Shown here: positions 55,988-64,000 of the stretch, piece after piece
How the letters are laid out: each line of letters opens with the position of its first letter
Numbering within the stretch: the first letter of the stretch is position 1
Source: Eledone cirrhosa
Lineage: Eukaryota
Direction of reading: 5' to 3'
Length of the DNA stretch: 64,000 bases
Assembly: GCA_964016885.1 (NCBI GenBank)
Contig: OZ024740.1
Location: 245,396,001-245,460,000 of the forward strand
Notes under the pieces: model-generated
What the model was told of the DNA's origin: nothing
Databases searched by the model: none
What the model saw: only the letters and a program-made list of their open reading frames with translations
Position numbers and translations under genes: made by a program

Positions 55988-57250
55988 ATCTTTTACTCTT
56001 TTACCTGTTTCAGCCATCCGGCTGAGGCCATGCTGGGGCACCGCCCTTGTTGCTACACATTTTATCTCCAGCCTGTATAGGTTGGCCACTGGTGTAAGAG
56101 GGAGTTTGTTGTTGCTGCCGTTAGGTTTCCCTCGTGCCTTGCTGTGGGCTCATCCGGGATCCTGGATAACAAGGTATCGAGATGTTTCTTGAAGACATCC
56201 ACCTCCATGTCATGCAAATCTCTCAGATCCCTCGGAAGCTTGTTGAAGAGTTGAGGGCCCTTGAATCCCAGGCTATTGCAATACCTGCTCCTTATTCTAG
56301 ATGTGGAATACGGGACCTTTGGCACCACACAGTGACGTCCTGTTCGACGGTTGGTCCAGCTCCCAATGCCAAAGTTTGGTGCTAGTCCCTCCAGGATTTT
56401 CCACATGTAGATCACTGCGTATCTCTCCCGTCTTCGTTCCAAGGAGTAGAGGTTCAGTTCCTTTAGCCTCTCCCAGTAACTGGTCTCCTTCATCGTGGCA
56501 ATCCTCTTGGTGTAGCTTCGCTGGATTGACTCAAGCTCCGTGGTTAGTTTGACACTATGGGGTGACCACAACTGGGAGCAGTAGTCCAGGCTGCTTAGGA
56601 CAAATGTCCTCCATAGTGTCAACATGGTGTCTCGGTCTCTTGTCCAGAAAGTCCTCAAGATCCAGCCAGCGAATCGTCTGCACATTGTCGCCACTTTCAT
56701 GATGTGTGAGGAAAAAGATGCATCATCGCTCATGTCTATGCCCAGGTCTCATATCGATTTTGACACGGGGATATCGGTCCCTCCTGGTCCTGTGTAGTTG
56801 TGTTGTACTATATTTGTGTTTGCAGGTTTGTTTGGAGGTTTGTATTGTAGGGCTTGGAATATGCCAGCATTAAACTGCATGTTGTTTTCTTCCGCCCATT
56901 TGTATATGGCATCCAGATCTTGTAAAAGGGCAGCGTCAGCCGGGTTTTTGATTGCCTGTGCTACCTTAGTGTCATCAGCATAGCTAGTGAGGGATGTTGT
57001 TGTATGTACTAAAGAGGGCATGTCTGAGAGAGCCACCAAAAACAGTAGTCGTCCCAGGACTGCCCCCTGCGGCACCCCACTTGTTATTGGTGTTTCCTTT
57101 GAGAGGGCCCCATTTGCTGCGACTGCCTGGCTTCTGTCCCTTAGGAAGCCATGCAGCCACTCACCTACTTTTCCAGTTATGCCGAGTCCGTGTAGTTTGT
57201 GACATATCATTCTCTAGTCGACCATGTCAAAGGCCTTCGCAAAGTCAAGA
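55988..57250 (-). mobile_element. CR1/L2-group LINE RT fragment with 3' end
   Basis: DFAKAFD, SGVPQG, YADDTK, NNMQFN, LESIQRSYTKRI, YWERLKELNLYSLERRRERY, and a (GTAAAAGA) tail. Confidence 0.88.
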
Positions 57251-57276
57251 TATATGTATATATATATGTATATATG

Positions 57277-57307
<31 letters not shown>

Positions 57308-57650
57308 GTATATATATATGTATATATATGTATATATATATGTATATATATATGGATATATATATATGTATATATATATATGGATATATATATATGGATA
57401 TATATGGATATATATATATATGGATATATATATATGTATATATATATATATGTATATATATATATGTATATATATATATGTATATATATGTATATATATA
57501 TGTATATATATATATGTATATATATGTGTATATATATATGTATATATATATATGTATATATATGTGTATATATATATGTATTTGTATATATATATGTATA
57601 TATATATGTATATATATATGTATGTATATATGTATATATATATATGTATG

Positions 57651-57681
<31 letters not shown>

Positions 57682-57716
57682 GTATATATATGTATGTATA
57701 TATATATATTATATAT
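57250..57716. repeat. (TA)n/(TATG) microsatellite
   Basis: Seen directly. Confidence 0.95.
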
Positions 57717-59278
57717 ATCATCATCATCACCGTTTTACGTCCGTTCTTGCACGCTAGCATGGGTTAGACGAGTTGTCCTGTTGTGGGCAGTGTCTGGTCG
57801 GCTGACCATGCCTTGCTCATACAGGAACTGATTTGGCTTGATTTCTACAGCTGGATGCCCTTCCTAACACCAACCTCATTTACAGTGAGTGCTGGGTGCT
57901 TTTTTGTGGCGCCTACACGTCCACTTTACAGTGTGGGCTGGGTGCTTTTTTGCCGTGGCGCCTCCACAACCACCTTGCGGTGGGGGTTGTGGGGGCATAT
58001 TGTCTATATGCTTCAGCTTGTACCCATGGGAGGTCGGGTACTCTGTATTACTGCGTGACGCCAGAGGTCATGGTCGTGTGTCATTGCCTTTGAGAGGTGT
58101 AATTGGGTAAGGTCGGCTTTTATCACCTCATTCCAAGTCATCTTGGGTCTCCCCACTCCGCGGTTTCCATTGACTTCTAGTGCTCTGAACCTTGTTATGC
58201 AGCTGTCATCCTTCATACATATCACATGTCCATACCAGCGCAACCGCCTCTCCTGCACACCGCATTTGATTCCTCTTATGCTCAGTCTCTCTCTCAATTC
58301 ATTTATGCTTTGTTGTTCACGTATATTACTGTTACACATCCATCGGAGCATGCAGGCTTCGTTTCTCTCCAATCTACGTATCTCTTCCACCTTCAGCGCC
58401 CAGGTCTCAATACCATGCAACATCGCTGTTCGGATACACGCATCATACAGTCTGCCTTTCATTCTGAGGCAGAAGCCTTTTGCAGCTAGCAGTGGTAGTA
58501 GTTCCCTAAACTTCTTCCATCCCGTTCTTACCCTAGTTATTGTACTTTCTGAACACTCAGCTCCGCTGCTAATTCGGTCACCTAGGTAGCAGAAGCTGTC
58601 TACTGTTTCTACAGAGCCCTCCCAGAGATTGGTGGTATTTGTTTCCTGTGGCTGTTAGCTGCTTGCTGTCCCAGCACAGCTGCTGCATGTGAAGCCTACA
58701 TTCTTAATTAAGCTTCCTGAGATCCCGCTACATCTCTTGTGTACCCATTGTTTGCATTTGGGGCAGAGAATGGAGTTCCTACCTACACCTTTCCTACATA
58801 CTGAGCAAGGCCATTTCCCTGAGGGGATCTGGGTTCTGTTTTCTCGTCTACTTACAAGGACCTTAGTCTTTGTCATGTTGTCTTTGAGACCCTTTCTTTC
58901 TAGTCCCTGGTTCCAAGTTTGGAATTTATTCTCTAGTTCTACCATAGATTCAGCTATAAGTGCAGGGTCATCAGCATACAGGAGTTCCCATGGGCATCCG
59001 GTCTTCAACTCCTCCGTTATTGCCTGCAGGACTATGATGAACAGGAGGGGGGCTAAGAACAGAGCCCTGGTGGACCCCAACCTGTACGCTAAATTCCTCG
59101 CTAAACTCATTGCTAATCATAACTTTGCTGACTGCTCCCCTATACATGGCTTGTACAAGCCATTCATCTACTCCTAGTTTTCTAAGAGCCCACCAGATTA
59201 CAGCACGGGGAACTCTGTCAAAGGCTTTCTCAAGGTCGACAAATGCCAAGTAGAGTGGCTTACTTTTAGCTAGGTAAA
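57717..59278 (-). mobile_element. RTE-clade LINE (second subfamily), RT + PHD-like finger + 3' end
   Basis: ORFs 58971-59375, 58655-59110 and 58013-58462, ending in a (GAT)n tail. Confidence 0.9.
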
Positions 59279-59288
59279 TATATAGACA

Positions 59289-59320
<32 letters not shown>

Positions 59321-59406
59321 CATATATATATAAATATATATACATATATATATATACATATATATATATATACATATATATATATACATATATATGTATA
59401 TATATG

Positions 59407-59457
<51 letters not shown>

Positions 59458-59604
59458 TATTTTCCGTTGTGTTGTAATATAAATATTACACACAGTAGAT
59501 TAACAGCTCACGTAGAGTTTGCTCGACGGTTCCAGTTGTAGTTCCAAAAGTAATCCGGAGAAAAATAGAAAGATTTGAATGGATACAGTTTAGTTGAAAG
59601 GAAT

Positions 59605-59725
59605 TTATTGACACGTGTTTCTATAACAGTTACATAACCTGAAAACAGCTGCTATCTACAAAGTTTTAGTTATGCAGACATTCAATATTTCAATGTTATT
59701 ATTTACTGTCATTTCATCAGAATAA
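59605..59725 (-). ncRNA. Type I hammerhead ribozyme with long stem II
   Basis: TTATT-CTGATGA-A ATGACAGT...ACTGTTAT A-GAA-ACACGTGT (palindrome)-C-AATAA, with a GUC triplet. Confidence 0.8.
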
Positions 59726-60267
59726 TATTACTGAGGACCTATTTGGTTTTTTATAGAGAATATTAGGAGTGAGGGGTGAAGTTGTTAGAAGAATAGTTGA
59801 GGGAGTGGTTTTTTGATAGCAGTGAGAATTTTTGGTGGCAGTGAGTAATTAGATTCCCATCTGTTGTTTTGACATTTTTATAGAATATATTATTGGTTAT
59901 TTTTCTAAATCTATAGAAGGATTAGAGATAGTAAAGATATGTGTGGTTGGTTTTGTGTTTGCACTTAATTAACATTCAGACTTAAATTTTTCTTTCAAGT
60001 GTACGGATCCTTTCACCCACGCATTCACACACAAATATATTTGCACACCTCTACAAAATACATATACTCACATTCACATATTCATACTTACATACATATA
60101 CACATGCATACATATATATATACACACATGTATTCATGTACATACATACGCGTTCATGTGTATACATTTTCATACTCAACTTATCTTTATATACACACGT
60201 ATAGACACACACATATATACATACATACTCTAGTCTATGTGTACACATATACATATACATACACATC

Positions 60268-60299
<32 letters not shown>

Positions 60300-60301
60300 T
60301 A

Positions 60302-60365
<64 letters not shown>

Positions 60366-60462
60366 CACTTTAATACATGAATACACTTACATCAAACTAT
60401 ACACATCAAACATATATATATATTTACTTATTTATATACATTTTCACATATATATACATACT

Positions 60463-60520
60463 TATGGACGTTTTTAGACACATTCATTATCGCATATTTG
60501 CACCTATTCTCATCAGCATA
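60463..60520 (-). ncRNA. Degenerate hammerhead-like motif
   Basis: TATG-CTGATGA-...-AAA (for GAA)-ACGT-C-CATA. G12 is lost and stem II is weak. Confidence 0.35.
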
Positions 60521-60699
60521 TCTTTCCATTATTAGTGTGGTAATTTAAGGTTATTAATATATGTTGAGAAGAGATTGTTTTTATATTTTTCTAACTAGAT
60601 TGAGGTTTATATAGTTGGGGGGATGTCCCTCTTTTATGTAATAAAATATTACATGATGATGATGATGATGATGATATATATATATATATTATATGTATA

Positions 60700-62100
60700 T
60701 ATTCCAAAAACTATGAGCACAACAAATGAGAATTGCAACAAGTGCGTCAACAGCAATAACACTAACCATGTTAGGGCTGCTCACGTTAGTGGGGTGGCTG
60801 GTGAGGCCATGTGCGAGAACCCCCAACCGTCATCAAGCAATCGCACTACAGGAAAAAGAACAAGAATATGAAGACGTCGCATCTCAGAGTTGCCACACTT
60901 AATGTTGGCAATCTAACAGGTAGATCTGGTGAAATAATGGATATGCTGGAGAGAAGGCATGTGGATGTGTGCTGCATACAAGAGGTGAGATGGAGAGGTG
61001 CCTCTGCAAGACTAATCGCAGGCAAACATCTTAGTTATAAGCTTTTCTGGGTGGGTAAGGATGATGGGTTAGGGGGAGTAGACATTTTCCTGGCTGAGAG
61101 ATGGATCGATAAGACAATAGAGATAGTTAGAGTTAGTAATAGAATAATTAAGCTTCAATTAGTTGTAGGCAGGAGACTACTGACAATCATATCTGTCTAT
61201 GCTCCCCAGGCAGGCCTAGGCAAAGAAGAGAAAGACTGCTTTTACAAGCAACTTTACAAACTGCCGCAATGACAGAGGACGGAGACATCGTTATGCTAGC
61301 AGGGGACTTCAAAGGTCATGTTGGACAGCTCCAAGATGATTACACGGGTACATGGTGGGCTCGGTTACGGCTCAAGAAATGAAGAAGGTTTGAGGCTTCC
61401 TGAATTTTGTGATGCAAGTGAACTAACCATTTGCAACACTAACTTCCAGAAACCTGCCAACCACCAAATAACCTACAAATCAGGCGAACACATAAGCCAG
61501 ATTGACTTCTTGCTAGTTAGGCAGTGAGACAGAGAGATGTGTCAAATACAAAGGCATACCCCGGGGAAGAATGTACCCCACAGCATAGGTTAGTCGTTAG
61601 TGACATCTCAATAAGCAAGAGACAGAATGAGACATACAGGAAGGTGTGGAAAAGAAAGGTCTGGAAGCTAAAAGACCTTTCACTAAAATATAAATTCAGG
61701 AAAGCCCTTCAAGACGTGTATGGCGAAAAAGAAGACGATTTAGAGTCGTATGATATAGATGATAACTGGAATTTCTTACGTGACAACTTACTGCAGGCTA
61801 CTGAAGAATCTTGTGGCTGGAGCAGAGCTCCAAACAGGCAGAGAGTGCCCTGGTGGTGGAACAGCACGGTAGATAGGGCCATAAGCGACAAAAGACTAGC
61901 ATGGAACGCTTGGAAAAATGGTGGTAGTAGAGAAGGATATACAGCCGCTAGGAGAGAAGCTACACGTCGGGTGTAGTTAGCACGCAAGGGGGCTGAGAGT
62001 AGCAGGTTTGCCAATGTTCTGCGACGGGAAGATCAGAGACGTGCGGTGTTCTGCATTGCAAGGCAGTGTGTTAGTGCAAATGTAGTAGAAGAAGACCACG
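60700..62100 (+). mobile_element. RTE-clade LINE 5' part (APE endonuclease), frameshifted
   Basis: LRVATLNVG, DVCCIQEVRWRG, ISVYAPQ, GDF, ICNTNFQK, SQIDFLLVR, QHRLVVSD, PWWWN. Confidence 0.9.
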
Positions 62101-62339
62101 AAAAACATGGGCGGAGGTGGTGGAACAGACCTGATTGGTGAAGCTCACGGTGGAGATGACGAAGGATCGTGACAAGTAGAAAGATGCTGTACTGAATAGA
62201 AGCGGCCCTCCCTTGCAAGCAGCGAAAAGCAGATGTAAAGTGATTATGATGATGATTATATATTTATATATATATATTATATATAAATATATTTATATTT
62301 ATATATATTATATATATATATTTATATATATATATATTG

Positions 62340-62670
62340 TCGACATGACCATGACCTCTGGCGTCAGGCAGTAATACAATATACCACACCTCCCATGGGT
62401 ACAAGCTGAAGCATATAGACAATATGCCCCACACCCTCCCACTGCAAAGTGGTCATGGAGGTGCCACGGCAAAAAAGCACCCAGCACTCAGTGTAAATGA
62501 GGTTGGTGTTAGGAAGGGCATCCAGCTGTAGAAATCAAGCCAAAATCAGTTCCTGTATGAGCAAGGCATGGTCAGCCGACCAGACACTGCCCACAACAGG
62601 ACAACCCTTCTAACCCATGCTAGCATGGAAGAACGGACGTAAAACGGTGATGATGATGATGATGATGATG
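62340..62670 (+). mobile_element. RTE LINE 3' UTR fragment
   Basis: Reverse complement of about 57717-58080 with an internal deletion, ending in (GAT)n. Confidence 0.85.

Positions 62671-64000
<1,330 letters not shown>

Overview
AT-rich, repeat-saturated animal genomic DNA with no intact recognisable host gene. The mix of RTE/R4/CR1 LINEs, tRNA-SINEs and kilobase (TA)n/(TATG)n tracts resembles an octopod cephalopod genome, which is an inference only. Coding potential comes from decayed transposons: RTE LINEs with a PHD-like finger, R4/Dong REL retroposons in (TAA)n, Tx1/L1, CR1-like, Hero-like and Helitron remnants. There is also a 44-bp minisatellite. The long poly-Ile/Tyr ORFs are microsatellite artefacts. 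The main hidden signal is that many short non-coding islands in or beside (TA)n tracts each carry a minimal type I hammerhead ribozyme (HHR) motif: stem I-CUGANGA-stem II-GAAA-palindromic stem III-UH-stem I'. I read about 10 well-formed and about 6 degenerate or half copies, mostly with mutually unrelated sequences. They are arranged as head-to-head fold-backs or partial-tandem direct repeats, the architecture of Penelope-like pseudo-LTRs (pLTRs) and retrozyme-like non-autonomous elements. All motifs were read by eye; no folding or database search was run.
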